From Cenarchaeum sp. (GTDB lineage: Archaea > Thermoproteota > Nitrososphaeria > Nitrososphaerales > Nitrosopumilaceae), in the NCBI GenBank assembly GCA_965242695.1, contig CBDESU010000001.1:2080001-2144000 (forward strand): DNA of 64,000 nucleotides, read 5' to 3'. The notes under the pieces were generated by a model. That model saw nothing but the letters and a program-made list of their open reading frames with translations, ran no database searches and was not told the DNA's origin. A program made the position numbers and the translations under genes. Numbering within the stretch: the stretch's first letter is position 1; every line of letters starts with the position of its first letter. Positions 18,333-28,607 of this stretch are shown one piece after another.

Positions 18333-20069
18333 TTGGCGCTCATAGACAGGTTCCCGTCGGGGTGCACCCCGCGGCCGACGCAGACGGACATCATACGGCA
18401 GATCGAGGAGGCCGTCGGGTCGGGCTACCGCAACATACTGCTGTGCGCGCCGACCGGCATAGGCAAGAGCCACATTGCCGCCACGGTGGCGGCCTCGCGC
18501 GGCTCGTCGTTCATAGTGACGGCGCAAAAGATACTCCAGGACCAGTACACGGGCGACTTTGGCTGGATGAGGCCCATGAAGGGCATGTCCAACTTTCCGT
18601 GCCTGGACCTGTACGACAGCAAAAAGATCGACTACGACACTGCCGCAAGCGACCCGTCCGTGTCGTGCGCAAGGGGCGACTGCTCGAGGGAGGTGCGCAG
18701 GGACGGCGTCACAAAGACCGTGTGGTGCAAGTACAAGCCGCGCATCGACGACTACGAGGACGGCGAGCCGCAGGCGCCGCCGCCAGGGACCGACCAGCCG
18801 TGCCACTACTACGACCAAAAGTACAGGGCCCTCAACGCCGCCCACGCCGTCTTCAACTATCCTGCGTACTTTCAGACGCGCAAGTACTCGAAAGGGATAG
18901 CCGAGTACCTCGAGCGGCAGGTGCTCGTCGCCGACGAGACGCACGAGATCGAGGACCAGATCATCGACTTCATCGGGTACGAGCTGCACGCGCCTATGCT
19001 GCGCGACGCGGGGCTGGAGTTTTCGGGGTTCAAGATCACGGACATCGAGGGCGTCGCCGCCGTCGTAGAGGCCACCGCCGACTCGTACAACCGCAGGGTA
19101 AAGAGCATGGAGGCCGAGACCGAGCGGGCGATGGCAGGCAGGGCCGAGCCCGAGGAGAACCCGCTGATCGCCGCGTACAAGTCGAGGCGAGACCGCCTCG
19201 ACTCCATACTCAGGGAGATCAAGAGGGACCCGTCCAACATGGTCTACCAGGTCAAGCGCGAGGGCGGGTGGAGCGACCGCGCCGACGACGGCGAGATCGT
19301 CGCCGTCTCGGTAAAGCCGCTCGACATATCGCCGTACGTGAGGGACTACTTCGACTACCCGCTGCAGGTGTTCATGAGCGCGACCATAAACATGACCATG
19401 TTCTGCAGGACGATGGGGTTTGGCGAGGACGAGTGCAGGTTCATAGAGGTCGCAAGGTCGCCGTTCAAGGCAGAGAACAGGACCGTCACGTTCCACGACG
19501 TGAGGCGCCTCAGCTACCGCTCGACGCGCGAGGACTATGCGGCAGTGTACTCAAAGGCGCGGCAGATAGCCGGCATGTACGGAGACCAGAAGGGGCTCAT
19601 ACTGACTACGACGCGCAAGCACTGCGACGACGTGGCCGGCGCCATCGGCGGCAGGGTGCAGATCGCGTACGAGCGCGACGGGATGGGCAGGGATGCCGTC
19701 CTCAAGAGGCACACCGAGGCCGACGGGCCGAGCGTCCTCGCCTCGCCGTCGCTGTGGTACGGCGTCGACCTGAAGGGCGACCTGTCGCGGTTCCAGATCA
19801 TAGTAAAGGCGCCGTACCCGTCCATGGGCGACAAGCGCACAAAGGCAAAGGCCGACAAGGACCCCCTGTGGTACCAGTACACCGCCCTCGTAAAGCTGCT
19901 GCAGGGGTTTGGCAGGTCGGTGCGCGGCCAGGACGACTATGCCGAGACGCACGTGCTCGACGAGGGCGCAAGGACGCTGCTGTACAAGATGAGAAGGTTC
20001 GTGCCAGAGGCGTACCACGACGTCCTCGGGTGGGACGAGGGAGGCGGCGGGGCGGCGCAGCAGAAGTAG
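18333..20069 (+). CDS. DinG/XPD/Rad3-family ATP-dependent DNA helicase
   Basis: PRPTQ Q-motif, APTGIGKS, ADETH, MSATI, GVDLKGD..FQIIVKAPYP, QGFGRSVR; Cys cluster after Walker A; TTG start inferred. Confidence 0.9.
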   Translation: MALIDRFPSGCTPRPTQTDIIRQIEEAVGSGYRNILLCAPTGIGKSHIAATVAASRGSSFIVTAQKILQDQYTGDFGWMRPMKGMSNFPCLDLYDSKKIDYDTAASDPSVSCARGDCSREVRRDGVTKTVWCKYKPRIDDYEDGEPQAPPPGTDQPCHYYDQKYRALNAAHAVFNYPAYFQTRKYSKGIAEYLERQVLVADETHEIEDQIIDFIGYELHAPMLRDAGLEFSGFKITDIEGVAAVVEATADSYNRRVKSMEAETERAMAGRAEPEENPLIAAYKSRRDRLDSILREIKRDPSNMVYQVKREGGWSDRADDGEIVAVSVKPLDISPYVRDYFDYPLQVFMSATINMTMFCRTMGFGEDECRFIEVARSPFKAENRTVTFHDVRRLSYRSTREDYAAVYSKARQIAGMYGDQKGLILTTTRKHCDDVAGAIGGRVQIAYERDGMGRDAVLKRHTEADGPSVLASPSLWYGVDLKGDLSRFQIIVKAPYPSMGDKRTKAKADKDPLWYQYTALVKLLQGFGRSVRGQDDYAETHVLDEGARTLLYKMRRFVPEAYHDVLGWDEGGGGAAQQK

Positions 20070-20086
20070 GAAGCGGTGCCGGCCCG

Positions 20087-20596
20087 TCAGCCCGAGCCGC
20101 CGGCGTCGGCATCCGCATCTGCGTCGGCCTCTGCAGAGGCGGCCGCGGCCGCCTGCGCGCAGTACTCGTTGACGTACCACGGCAGCAGGTTCTTGCACGA
20201 GGGAGGCAGGATGTACGAGGCAGGTGTCGGCGATCCGCCCTTGCGCGTCGGGTCGAACGGATCCCCCGTCCTGTACAGGCGGTACTGCGCGCGGCCCGTC
20301 CTGTACAGGTAGCGGTGCATGCCCGGCGAGGCCGGCGCGTTGGCCACGCCGTGGACGCTCACGGCAGCCGCTAGGGCGTTGCGCGACACGTCGGGGCAGA
20401 AGCCGAGCTCGCGCACGCGTGCGATTATCTGGCGGTTTGAGAATACGGCGTCGGGCCCCTGCTCGCGCTGCATCGTAGCGGCCGCGATCCACACGGCCAC
20501 GGCGGCGGGCAGGCGGCCGCGGGCGGGCAGGCCGAGCTCGGGTCCGGTGTCGGCGCCCGTACCGGCGCTGGCGCCGTCTCCTCCCCCGGCCGCCAT
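20087..20596 (-). CDS. Hypothetical protein, predicted winged-helix-like DNA-binding domain; probably co-transcribed with the helicase-nuclease
   Basis: AVWIAAATMQRE..FSNRQII..HGVANAP..RYLYRTG..YRLYRTGDP..LLPWY; ATG 2 nt after the upstream stop. Confidence 0.7.
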   Translation of the reverse strand: MAAGGGDGASAGTGADTGPELGLPARGRLPAAVAVWIAAATMQREQGPDAVFSNRQIIARVRELGFCPDVSRNALAAAVSVHGVANAPASPGMHRYLYRTGRAQYRLYRTGDPFDPTRKGGSPTPASYILPPSCKNLLPWYVNEYCAQAAAAASAEADADADADAGGSG

Positions 20597-20598
20597 TG

Positions 20599-23500
20599 CT
20601 ACCTCCCCCCCTCCGCCGCCGCCGTTGGCGCCGGCGGCGATGCCTCGGCATCCCCCGCCGGCGCGGCGGGCGCCGCGTCCCTGCCGTTCCCTGGCCCTGA
20701 TCCGCCTGCGCGGCTGGAGCCGCGCCTGCGCCGGTCGGCCTCGACGAGCTCTTCGATCTTCCGCTCTAGCCGGTCCACCTCGGCCTCCTTGTCGCGCCAC
20801 CACCTCCTGCTCCAGACCCTCTCGATCGACCACCCCTTGCCCTCTAGGAACTGCTGCCGCATGATGTCGCGCTCGCGCACGCTCCTTGCCGAGTGGAACG
20901 TGGCCCCGTCGCACTCGATGCCGAGCACGTACCTCCTCTCGTCGTCGGGGTGCGCGACGGCCAGGTCGATCCTGTACCCCGAGAACCCGACCTGCGTGTC
21001 GACACGGTGGCCCCTCTTCTCGAGGGCCGTGTGCACCTGCACCTCAAACTCCGAGTCGAACTCTAGGTCGCCCGGGCCGGAAGGCCCCCCGCCGCGCGCA
21101 GGCATCGACGGGTTGATCGACCGTATGACGGCCTCCTGCGCGTCTCCGTCCGACGAGCCGGTCGCCCTCGCGTACTCGAGGAACTGCCTCAGGCGCAGCG
21201 GCCCGTCGTTCTTTGGGGTCGGGCGCACGTCGTTCGGCTCTATCGACGAGACGACGACCATCTCCTGCCTGGCCCTCGTGACGGCCACGTTGAGGCGGTT
21301 CTCGCCTCCGGCCGCGCTCAGTGCGCCGAACCTGTTGACAAACTTGCCGTCGGCATCCCTTGCGTACCCGATGGAAAAGACGATCACGTCGCGCTCGTCG
21401 CCCTGCACGTTCTCTATGTTCTTTATGAACAGCGCATCGTCGCGGCCGGCCGACTCGTGGGCCGCCGCATGCAGCTCGGCAAAGCCCGCATCCTCGTCGA
21501 GCCGCGCGTCGCGGCGGTCCATGACGAGCTCCTGCTGCGCCTCGTTGAACGTAATGACGCCGACCGACCGGTACGGCGAGCCGTCCTTCCGCGAGCGCTC
21601 CCACTCGGCTGCGACCTCGTCGAGGACCGCCTCGGCCTCGACGAGGTTGCGCCTCTTTTCCCACACGCCGCTGCACTTTACCCAGCGTATGGGCGGGTGC
21701 TCGGGGTCTACGGCCGCGTTCGGCGCGATGTTGAGGTTGCCGCCGTAGAACGCGTGGTTTGAAAAGTTGATCAGGTCCTGGTACCTCGAGCGGTAGTGCC
21801 AGGAGAGCATCGTATGGCCGTACCGGGCCGCCGCAAGCTCGAGCAGGCTCTTTTCGGGCGGCGGGCGCGAGCCGTCGTCCTCGCCCCCCTCTTCCTCGTC
21901 GTCTTCGTCCCCGTCGCCGCCGCGTATGCGGAACAGGTCGAACGGCGGCAGCTGCTTCTCGTCGCCGGCCACTACGGCCCTGCGCGCCCTGTGCAGGAAC
22001 GGCATCGCCCGCTCGGCCGCAAGCTGGCTCGCCTCGTCGACTATGGCCAGGTCGAACATGCCGCGCTTGAGCGGGAATATGCGGGACACGGACTCTGGCG
22101 ATGCGAGCCAGCACGGCGCCAGCCGGAGCAGCTGCCTGTCGTACTTTTCAAAGAGGCGGCGCACCGGCATGACGCGCCGCTTGCGCGACAGCTCGCGGCG
22201 CAGCTCCATCCACACGTCGGCATCGGCGCCGCGCCGCCTGCCGCGCAGGCTGTCCGGGCGGACGGCCCCGTCGATGGCCTGCTTTATCTTGGCCGTGACA
22301 AGGGCGCGCTTTTCCTCGACGAGGGCGGCAAGGTCGGCGCGCCGCTTTTCGTACTCGGCGACAAAGTCGCCGCGCAGCAGGCGGCTGCCGCGCTCGATCT
22401 CGTCTAGCCAGTGCGCGTAGATCTCTTGGCGGATCATCGCCGACCAGCGGGCGCCGCCGGCTGCCGGCAGGCGCCCGTCGGCGTGCGCAAGCGCCTCGAA
22501 GACGCCCTGCCCCGCATAGTCGGACCTCTTGAGGTCAAGGTCGCGCATCGCCTCGAACTCGTCTAGGTCGGAGCGCATCGCCCCGAGCGTGCGGGACAGC
22601 TGCGCCGTCGAGTGTCCGCCTCCGCCTCCGTCCCACGGCGACAAGGGGGCCGCGGCCGCATCCTTGTACAGCCCGAGGCGGGCGGCCGAGCCGTCCTCGA
22701 GGCGGCCTGCCAGCTCGTCGATCATGCCCCACATCTCCAGGCCGGCCTCGATGCCGGCCCGCATGCCCCTGACGGCGGGCTCGTCCGCGGCGGCCGACTC
22801 TCCGAGCTCGGCCCGTATCGCCTTTGCGTGGCCGCGCCTCTTGAGGCCGAGAAAGCCGCCGCCTGCCAGGTACCCGTCGATCGCATCCAAGAGGGCCCTC
22901 TGCCTGCCCGCATCGGGGGCCATCGCGCAGCGCGGCGCGGCCTCGATCATGCGGTCGAGCAGGCCGCGCAGCCGCAGCGCATCGCCCGAGCTCATGTCCG
23001 CAAAGCCGCGGCGCCCCGCCCACGGGCTCCCCGCCGAGTCGAACCGCCGGTACGCGTCCTCGACGCCGTCGACGCGGCCGATGAACTCGTCGAGTCCCTC
23101 CCAGTCGACGGGCAGGCCGAGCGAGGCCACGTCCAGGGCAGGCTCGTACCTGCCGTCGGCTGTCGCGTACAGCGCGTGCGCGCTCGCTCCGCCAAAGCGC
23201 CTCTCGCGCAGCGCCGCTCCGAGGTCGACAAGGTACCCTACGCACTTGTCTATGCGGGCCGACGCCTCCCTCACGCGCCTGCCGGCCTCGGAGACGTGCG
23301 ATGCCGGGGCGTCCGCCTCGATCGTCGAGAGCAGTTGCTCGTACATGCGCCGCCTGTCCTCCATCTCGCGCTCGATGAACACGGCGTACTCTGCCAGCCC
23401 GACGCGGCCGAGGCGCTGCCTGACGACCTCGAGGGCGGCCCGCTTCTGGCACACGACGAGGACCTTCTTGCCCGACGAGAGGGCGTTTGCGACCAGGTTT

Positions 23501-24762
23501 ACTATCACCTGCGACTTGCCCGTGCCCGGGGGCCCCCTCACGACGCACAGGTCGTCGGATGCGGACCTCAGCACCACCTCGTCCTGGCTCGAGTCGCTGT
23601 CGAGGATGGTGTCTAGGCTGGCCGCGCCTGCCGCATCGATGTCCATCCGGCCGGCCTCGTCGCCAAAGTCGCCGGGGCCGGCATCGTCGCCGCCGCCGCC
23701 CTCCGCGCCTCCCCCCAGGATGAGCGCGGCGGCCAGTCCCTCGCCGGCCCCCCCGCTGCCTCCCATCATCTCGGCATAGTCGCGGTAGATCTCGCTGTCG
23801 GCCTGCGGAAAGCTCCCGACTACGGCGTGCCCGACCAGGCGGAGCGGGGAGCCTGCCAGCCGGCCGTCGATGTCGTCGTTGGTGATCGTTCCGAGCTCGA
23901 CGGGGCCCGGCTCGGCCGGGGCGGGGCCGACGTCGACCAGGTCCGACGCCCAGCCGGCGACGGCCGAGAACAGGCCCGCGGCGGCCGCATCGCCGCGGCC
24001 GGCGCCCGAGGCGGCGTGCGCCTCGGCCGCATCCTCGATCATCTCGTCGAACCGCTCCTCGTACCCCTCGGGCAGGTCGTACCCCCCCTTCTTGCGCAGG
24101 GCCGCGAACAGGGCCCTGTTGAGCACCGGCCTCTGGTCGAGCAGGCGCATGTACCAGCCGGACCCGCGGGCCTTCTTTTCGTACTCTAGGCGCATCGGGA
24201 ACAGCGCGATCGGCCCGCGCACGTACATGCTCGCCTCGGGCGAGCCCTCTAGGAACGGGTAGCCGAGGTACCCCGTGTGCTGGCCCGTCTCGTTCTCGAT
24301 CTGCTCCAGGCTCCTCTTGAGGGCGCGCAGCGACGAGCGCAGCGGGTCGGCGGTGTTCCTTTCGTCCCCGTCTGCCTCGCCGGCGCCCGCGGCGCCGCCG
24401 GCATTGGCGCGCCTGCCGGCCGAGTCGAGCAGCAGCCTCACGCGCGCGCCCTCGTCGACCTTGCCGTCGAGCGCATCGGCGAGGTTGCCCGCCGCGGCGG
24501 CGACCGCCTTTGCGGCCGTGCCGCCGCCGAACTCGTCGAGGCGGACGAGGTCCAGGTTGTGCCGTTTGTAGGCGCGCCTGAGCAGGACGGAGCGGTTTCG
24601 CGTCGTCACCTGCAAGAGGCGGTCCTGGTACGACTTTAGCGCGGGCGCGATGCGGCTTGCTGCGGACGCGGCGGCGGCGGCGACCCCACGGCGCCCCTGC
24701 GGGGCATCCTGCGGCGTCCCATAGGCCGCGGCGCCGCCGTCCCCCGCCCCGCCCGCGCTCAT
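20599..24762 (-). CDS. DUF4011 + Upf1-like SF1 helicase + Vsr-like (MTES_1575) nuclease; Hhe-type defence protein
   Basis: RLLQVTTRNRSV (DUF4011), GPPGTGKS, DEASQ, GDEKQLPP, HYRS, NVQGDERD, RLNVAVTRAR, FDSEFE..QVGFSGYRIDLA..GIECDG..FHS. Confidence 0.88.
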   Translation of the reverse strand: MSAGGAGDGGAAAYGTPQDAPQGRRGVAAAAASAASRIAPALKSYQDRLLQVTTRNRSVLLRRAYKRHNLDLVRLDEFGGGTAAKAVAAAAGNLADALDGKVDEGARVRLLLDSAGRRANAGGAAGAGEADGDERNTADPLRSSLRALKRSLEQIENETGQHTGYLGYPFLEGSPEASMYVRGPIALFPMRLEYEKKARGSGWYMRLLDQRPVLNRALFAALRKKGGYDLPEGYEERFDEMIEDAAEAHAASGAGRGDAAAAGLFSAVAGWASDLVDVGPAPAEPGPVELGTITNDDIDGRLAGSPLRLVGHAVVGSFPQADSEIYRDYAEMMGGSGGAGEGLAAALILGGGAEGGGGDDAGPGDFGDEAGRMDIDAAGAASLDTILDSDSSQDEVVLRSASDDLCVVRGPPGTGKSQVIVNLVANALSSGKKVLVVCQKRAALEVVRQRLGRVGLAEYAVFIEREMEDRRRMYEQLLSTIEADAPASHVSEAGRRVREASARIDKCVGYLVDLGAALRERRFGGASAHALYATADGRYEPALDVASLGLPVDWEGLDEFIGRVDGVEDAYRRFDSAGSPWAGRRGFADMSSGDALRLRGLLDRMIEAAPRCAMAPDAGRQRALLDAIDGYLAGGGFLGLKRRGHAKAIRAELGESAAADEPAVRGMRAGIEAGLEMWGMIDELAGRLEDGSAARLGLYKDAAAAPLSPWDGGGGGHSTAQLSRTLGAMRSDLDEFEAMRDLDLKRSDYAGQGVFEALAHADGRLPAAGGARWSAMIRQEIYAHWLDEIERGSRLLRGDFVAEYEKRRADLAALVEEKRALVTAKIKQAIDGAVRPDSLRGRRRGADADVWMELRRELSRKRRVMPVRRLFEKYDRQLLRLAPCWLASPESVSRIFPLKRGMFDLAIVDEASQLAAERAMPFLHRARRAVVAGDEKQLPPFDLFRIRGGDGDEDDEEEGGEDDGSRPPPEKSLLELAAARYGHTMLSWHYRSRYQDLINFSNHAFYGGNLNIAPNAAVDPEHPPIRWVKCSGVWEKRRNLVEAEAVLDEVAAEWERSRKDGSPYRSVGVITFNEAQQELVMDRRDARLDEDAGFAELHAAAHESAGRDDALFIKNIENVQGDERDVIVFSIGYARDADGKFVNRFGALSAAGGENRLNVAVTRARQEMVVVSSIEPNDVRPTPKNDGPLRLRQFLEYARATGSSDGDAQEAVIRSINPSMPARGGGPSGPGDLEFDSEFEVQVHTALEKRGHRVDTQVGFSGYRIDLAVAHPDDERRYVLGIECDGATFHSARSVRERDIMRQQFLEGKGWSIERVWSRRWWRDKEAEVDRLERKIEELVEADRRRRGSSRAGGSGPGNGRDAAPAAPAGDAEASPPAPTAAAEGGR

Positions 24763-24861
24763 GCGGCCGCGCGCAGCGGCCTTTTTCTTATTGCTTGCGG
24801 CGCTAGCGGCCGCGCGCGCCTGCCGCCCAATCTTAAAAGCGGGCCCGCCGTGGCGCCTATC

Positions 24862-24939
24862 GGGTCTGTAGCTCAGTATGGATAGAGTGTTGGACTTCTA
24901 ATCCAATGGTCGAGAGATCGAAGCTCTCCAGACCCGCCA
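24862..24939 (+). tRNA. tRNA-Arg (anticodon TCT), encoded CCA
   Basis: GGGTCTG TA GCTC..GAGT G TTGGA CT TCT AA TCCAA TGGTC GAGAG ATCGAAG CTCTC CAGACCC G CCA. Confidence 0.95.
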
Positions 24940-25136
24940 TCAAGCAGCGCCGGCGCGGCCGCGCCCTCGCGGGGCCCGGCAGGCGGCATACGCCCGACTG
25001 CGGGGCAGCCTTCGCCGGCGATGCGGCGCCCCGCCTACCGCCCGCAATCCCGCACCTCCGGCGGTTTCGGCGTGCCCCCCACCCCACCCGCCTCCCCCCA
25101 ACGTTTAAGGCGGGCGATCGCGCCGCGGGGAATAGG

Positions 25137-26456
25137 TTGGACACGTATGCGGAGCTTTGCAGCAGGCTGGCCGAGGCGGACTGGGAGAATGCGAGGGACC
25201 TGGAGCTTGTGCGCGGCGGCGGGTGGGACGAGGCAAAGCACCTGGTGGCAAAGGCGGCCCTGGCCATGAGCAACCTAGAGGGCGGGGGGCGAATCGTGAT
25301 CGGCATCGACGGGAGCAGGGAGGGCAGGGATCGGCTGGCAGGCATGGACGAGGAGGCGAGCGCCACCTTTGACGAGGGCGCCGTGTCGGAGCTTGTCAAC
25401 GACTACGCCGATCCCCCTGTCCAGGTGCGGGTGAGGAAAGTGTCGGACGGCGGGCGCCACTTTGTGGTCATCGGCGTGCAGGGATTCGACTACCAGCCGA
25501 CCCTGTGCAGCAGGAGCCTCGACAGGGGCGGCAAGGAGTACCTGGAGGCCGGAAGGCTGTACTACAGGCCCAGGGGAAGGGCGGAGAGCACCGCCCGGCT
25601 TGCGCATCATGACATGCGGGAGTTGCTGGACGTGGCCGTGGCAAAGCGCCACAACTATTGGCGAAGGGTGTGCGCTGGCATGGGCATCGACATGGGAGGG
25701 GGCGCGGGCGGCATTTCCGGCAGTGCGAAGCCCGACCTAGGCGACGGCGGGATTTTGGCGGCGGTAAAGGAAAGGGCGCACTACGCAATAGCCATGCAGC
25801 CCCGCACGCCAAAAGACTTTTCGCTCGACGAGCTTGAGGGCATGGTAAGGGACTGCCGCGTGAGGCGCAGGGAGCTCCCATATCCGTACGCCCCGGACGG
25901 CGGGGCGCAAAGGCTGGAGAACTGCATAGAGGCATCCCACATGGGAGGCCTGCATGCGGGCGTGTGGAGGCTCTACAGGAGCGGGCAGTTCGGCGAGTGC
26001 TTGGGACTCTACGAGGCCAGGTGGCCGCCCGGCCAGCCGCCCAGCCGCGGATCCCGCGCGCCGCCGAGGGAAAGGTTCCTAGAGCCGGCGCTCACGCTGT
26101 ACCGGATAAGCGAGGTGTTCCTGTTCGCCTCGCGGCTGGCCCGCAGGATTCCCGACGTATGGCGGATCAAGATCGATCTCTGCGGCATGCGGGACAGGAT
26201 GCTCGACGTTCGCGTGCCCGAGCGGTTCGGGCTGTACGGCGACTACAAGTGCGATGTGCCCGTCATAAGCCTGTCGGCCGAGCTCGACTCGGGGCTCCTC
26301 CAGGCCTGCTACGCCGACCTTGCCGTGGAGAAGACGATCGAGGTCTTGGAATGCTTCGGCTGGCAGGAAGAAATGCCAAGGACCCTCAGGGAAGAGCAGG
26401 ATCGCATGTACAGGTGGGGCGAAACCAAGTCGATGCCGGTGCCGATCAGCGGCTAG
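25137..26456 (+). CDS. Schlafen/AlbA_2-domain protein with unknown C-terminal domain
   Basis: ALAMSNLEGGGRIVIGID, FVVIGV, GRLYYRP..EST AlbA_2 motifs; TTTAA box ~30 nt before TTG 25137. Confidence 0.8.
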   Translation: MDTYAELCSRLAEADWENARDLELVRGGGWDEAKHLVAKAALAMSNLEGGGRIVIGIDGSREGRDRLAGMDEEASATFDEGAVSELVNDYADPPVQVRVRKVSDGGRHFVVIGVQGFDYQPTLCSRSLDRGGKEYLEAGRLYYRPRGRAESTARLAHHDMRELLDVAVAKRHNYWRRVCAGMGIDMGGGAGGISGSAKPDLGDGGILAAVKERAHYAIAMQPRTPKDFSLDELEGMVRDCRVRRRELPYPYAPDGGAQRLENCIEASHMGGLHAGVWRLYRSGQFGECLGLYEARWPPGQPPSRGSRAPPRERFLEPALTLYRISEVFLFASRLARRIPDVWRIKIDLCGMRDRMLDVRVPERFGLYGDYKCDVPVISLSAELDSGLLQACYADLAVEKTIEVLECFGWQEEMPRTLREEQDRMYRWGETKSMPVPISG

Positions 26457-26792
26457 CATCGGGGCCGGCGGGATCGGCGGCGGGCCTGCGCGCGCCGGCG
26501 GCCGGCCGGCGCGGCGGAAGAGGGCGCACATTGCGGCAGCGCAGTGCCGGAAGAGGTTCACGGCGGCGGAGCCGGCATGGCCGCCTGTGCCCGAACGCGG
26601 CTCGAGCATGGGCAACGGGGCCGCACCGCAGGGACGATCCGCAGCCGCCGGCCGCGGCTTTGCAGCTCGGTGCGGCCCCCCGCCCGCCCGCCGACGGGCC
26701 TCTTCCACCCTGGCAGGACAGCGGCGGCGGCGCATGCCGGCGGCGCGGGCGCGCAGGGTACTCTTTTTAGTGAGGCGCATTCGGCGCGGCCA

Positions 26793-27995
26793 ATGCACAT
26801 ACAAAGCAGCATCATGCTTGTTGCCTTGGCGGCCGTTGTCGCGGCCACTGCCTATGCGGCGCCAGCCGCGTATGCGCAGGCCACGGCAGAGGTCAGCAAC
26901 GCGCCGGGCTCGTCAGTGCCTGGGTGCGAAGAGGACAACGAGTGCTTCATGCCGGCCAACGCCATGGTCGACGCGGGCGGCACCGTAACGTGGAGCAACG
27001 ACGACACGGCAGCCCACACGGTGACCAGCGGGTCGGCCGAGGGCGGCGGGCCGGACGGCACGTTCGACAGCAGCCTTCTCATGCCGGGCACCACATTCTC
27101 ATACACGTTCGAAGAAGCCGGCGAGTACCCGTACTATTGCATAGTTCACCCGTGGATGGCCGGAATGGTGACCGTATCTGCGGCCGGCGACGGCGGTGGA
27201 GACGGCAGCGACGGCGACGGTGGAGACGGCGACATGGCCGGGCAGGGCGGAGGGACGACAGTCCTGAGCGATGAAACCGAGATCAAGGTCCTGACGACCC
27301 ACCCGGAGGCGGGCGGCCGGATGGGCATCATTGTCGAGGTCGTCAACTCTGAGCACATAAACTACGACATCAAGGCGTTCCAGAACGGCGCACTCGTCCT
27401 CGAGGACCTTGACGCGCACGACCACGACGGCGTCAACGAGCACGAGACGGCCCCGCTAGAGTCGGCCGATCCCGTCACCATAGTCTTCACCTTCCAGGGG
27501 TACGGCATGGGCGAAATGACAGGTCCCATCGGCGAGACGTACACGCTCAGCAGCGACTCGACGGCCAGCACGGCCACGGGCATGCTCTCCGACGGTACGG
27601 TCGTCGAGCTTGTGGCAAGCGACCCGATCGAGGGCCACAGGATGGGCATCGCGCTCCAGATAGGCGGCAACGCGGAGATCACGTACGACATTTTGGCGAC
27701 GCAGGGCGACACGGTCGTCCTCGACGAGAAGATGGCGCACGACCACGACGGCCTCGCAAACCACGAGACCGACGTCCTCGCATCCTCCGATCCAGTCGAC
27801 ATTGCCATAACGTTCCAGGGATACGACGACCACAGCGGCGAGATAACGGGAACCGAGCTGATCGGCGAGCAGGTGGTATTCACCAACATCGTGCCAGAGT
27901 TCGGCACGGTCGCGGCCATGATACTGGCCGTGGCGATCGTCTCGATCATTGCGGTCACCGCAAGATCGCGCATCAGCCTGGCCCCAAGGATCTAG
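26793..27995 (+). CDS. PEFG-CTERM-anchored blue copper (plastocyanin-like) surface protein with two HDHDG repeat domains
   Basis: Signal peptide; HTVTSG..YYCIVHPWM type-1 Cu ligands; duplicated GxRMGI..YDI..AHDHDG..HET domain; VPEFG + TM + basic tail. Confidence 0.9.
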   Translation: MHIQSSIMLVALAAVVAATAYAAPAAYAQATAEVSNAPGSSVPGCEEDNECFMPANAMVDAGGTVTWSNDDTAAHTVTSGSAEGGGPDGTFDSSLLMPGTTFSYTFEEAGEYPYYCIVHPWMAGMVTVSAAGDGGGDGSDGDGGDGDMAGQGGGTTVLSDETEIKVLTTHPEAGGRMGIIVEVVNSEHINYDIKAFQNGALVLEDLDAHDHDGVNEHETAPLESADPVTIVFTFQGYGMGEMTGPIGETYTLSSDSTASTATGMLSDGTVVELVASDPIEGHRMGIALQIGGNAEITYDILATQGDTVVLDEKMAHDHDGLANHETDVLASSDPVDIAITFQGYDDHSGEITGTELIGEQVVFTNIVPEFGTVAAMILAVAIVSIIAVTARSRISLAPRI

Positions 27996-28177
27996 CCACC
28001 ACCTTTCTGTTTTTGATCGGGCCGGAGGGCGGCCGCGGCCCGCCCCGGCGCCCCCCCCCCCACACCTCGCGCGCGCAGTAGAGGGGCGGCCCACGCGGGG
28101 CCGCGGTGCGCCCGCGGCGGGGGCCGGGCCGGCCTCCGCGCGCAAGCGTATTATCCGGGGCGCCGCGCGCCGGGCGC

Positions 28178-28546
28178 ATGAAGGACATAGAGCTGTCCCT
28201 GTCTAGCGCCGAGTTCGGCCAGGGCGAGGTCGTGCGCGGGACGGCCAGGGTGTCCTACGGGGGCAGGTTCGACGGCGTCGTGGTCAACACGCAGATACTC
28301 GACTCGAACGATCTCGTCGTGTACAGGTCGTGCGGCGGCAGGGAGATCGAAAAGAGGACCTCGCGCCTGTTCATACCGAGGGACGCCATGTCGGACGGGG
28401 GCAGCGTGGCCGAGTTTTCCGCATCGGCAGAGTCGGCCGACGGGGGCGGCCGCGAGGTAAAGTTCCGCGCATCCATAATAGAGCAGCACAAGGAGGTCGA
28501 GAGCGACGTCGTGTTCGCCAGGCTGGCGGCGGCGGGGCCTCCCTAG
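28178..28546 (+). CDS. Conserved hypothetical protein
   Basis: MKDIELSL..GRFDGVVVNTQILDSN..KFRASIIEQHKEVESD; typical host codon pattern. Confidence 0.7.
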   Translation: MKDIELSLSSAEFGQGEVVRGTARVSYGGRFDGVVVNTQILDSNDLVVYRSCGGREIEKRTSRLFIPRDAMSDGGSVAEFSASAESADGGGREVKFRASIIEQHKEVESDVVFARLAAAGPP

Positions 28547-28607
28547 GCCCGCGGGCACAGGCCGGCGCCCTCCCCCCTCCCATCTCCCGCGCGCCGGGGC
28601 CGCCCGC

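Noticed and set aside
24916-24924. Non-canonical T-loop (ATCGAAG) in tRNA-Arg suggesting a pseudo-tRNA
   Set aside because: All stems pair, CCA is encoded and a TATA box lies upstream; most likely a lineage variant of a functional tRNA
10361-26456. Integrated element using tRNA-Leu or tRNA-Arg as att site
   Set aside because: No duplicated tRNA 3' end or integrase found by eye, and core genes lie in between
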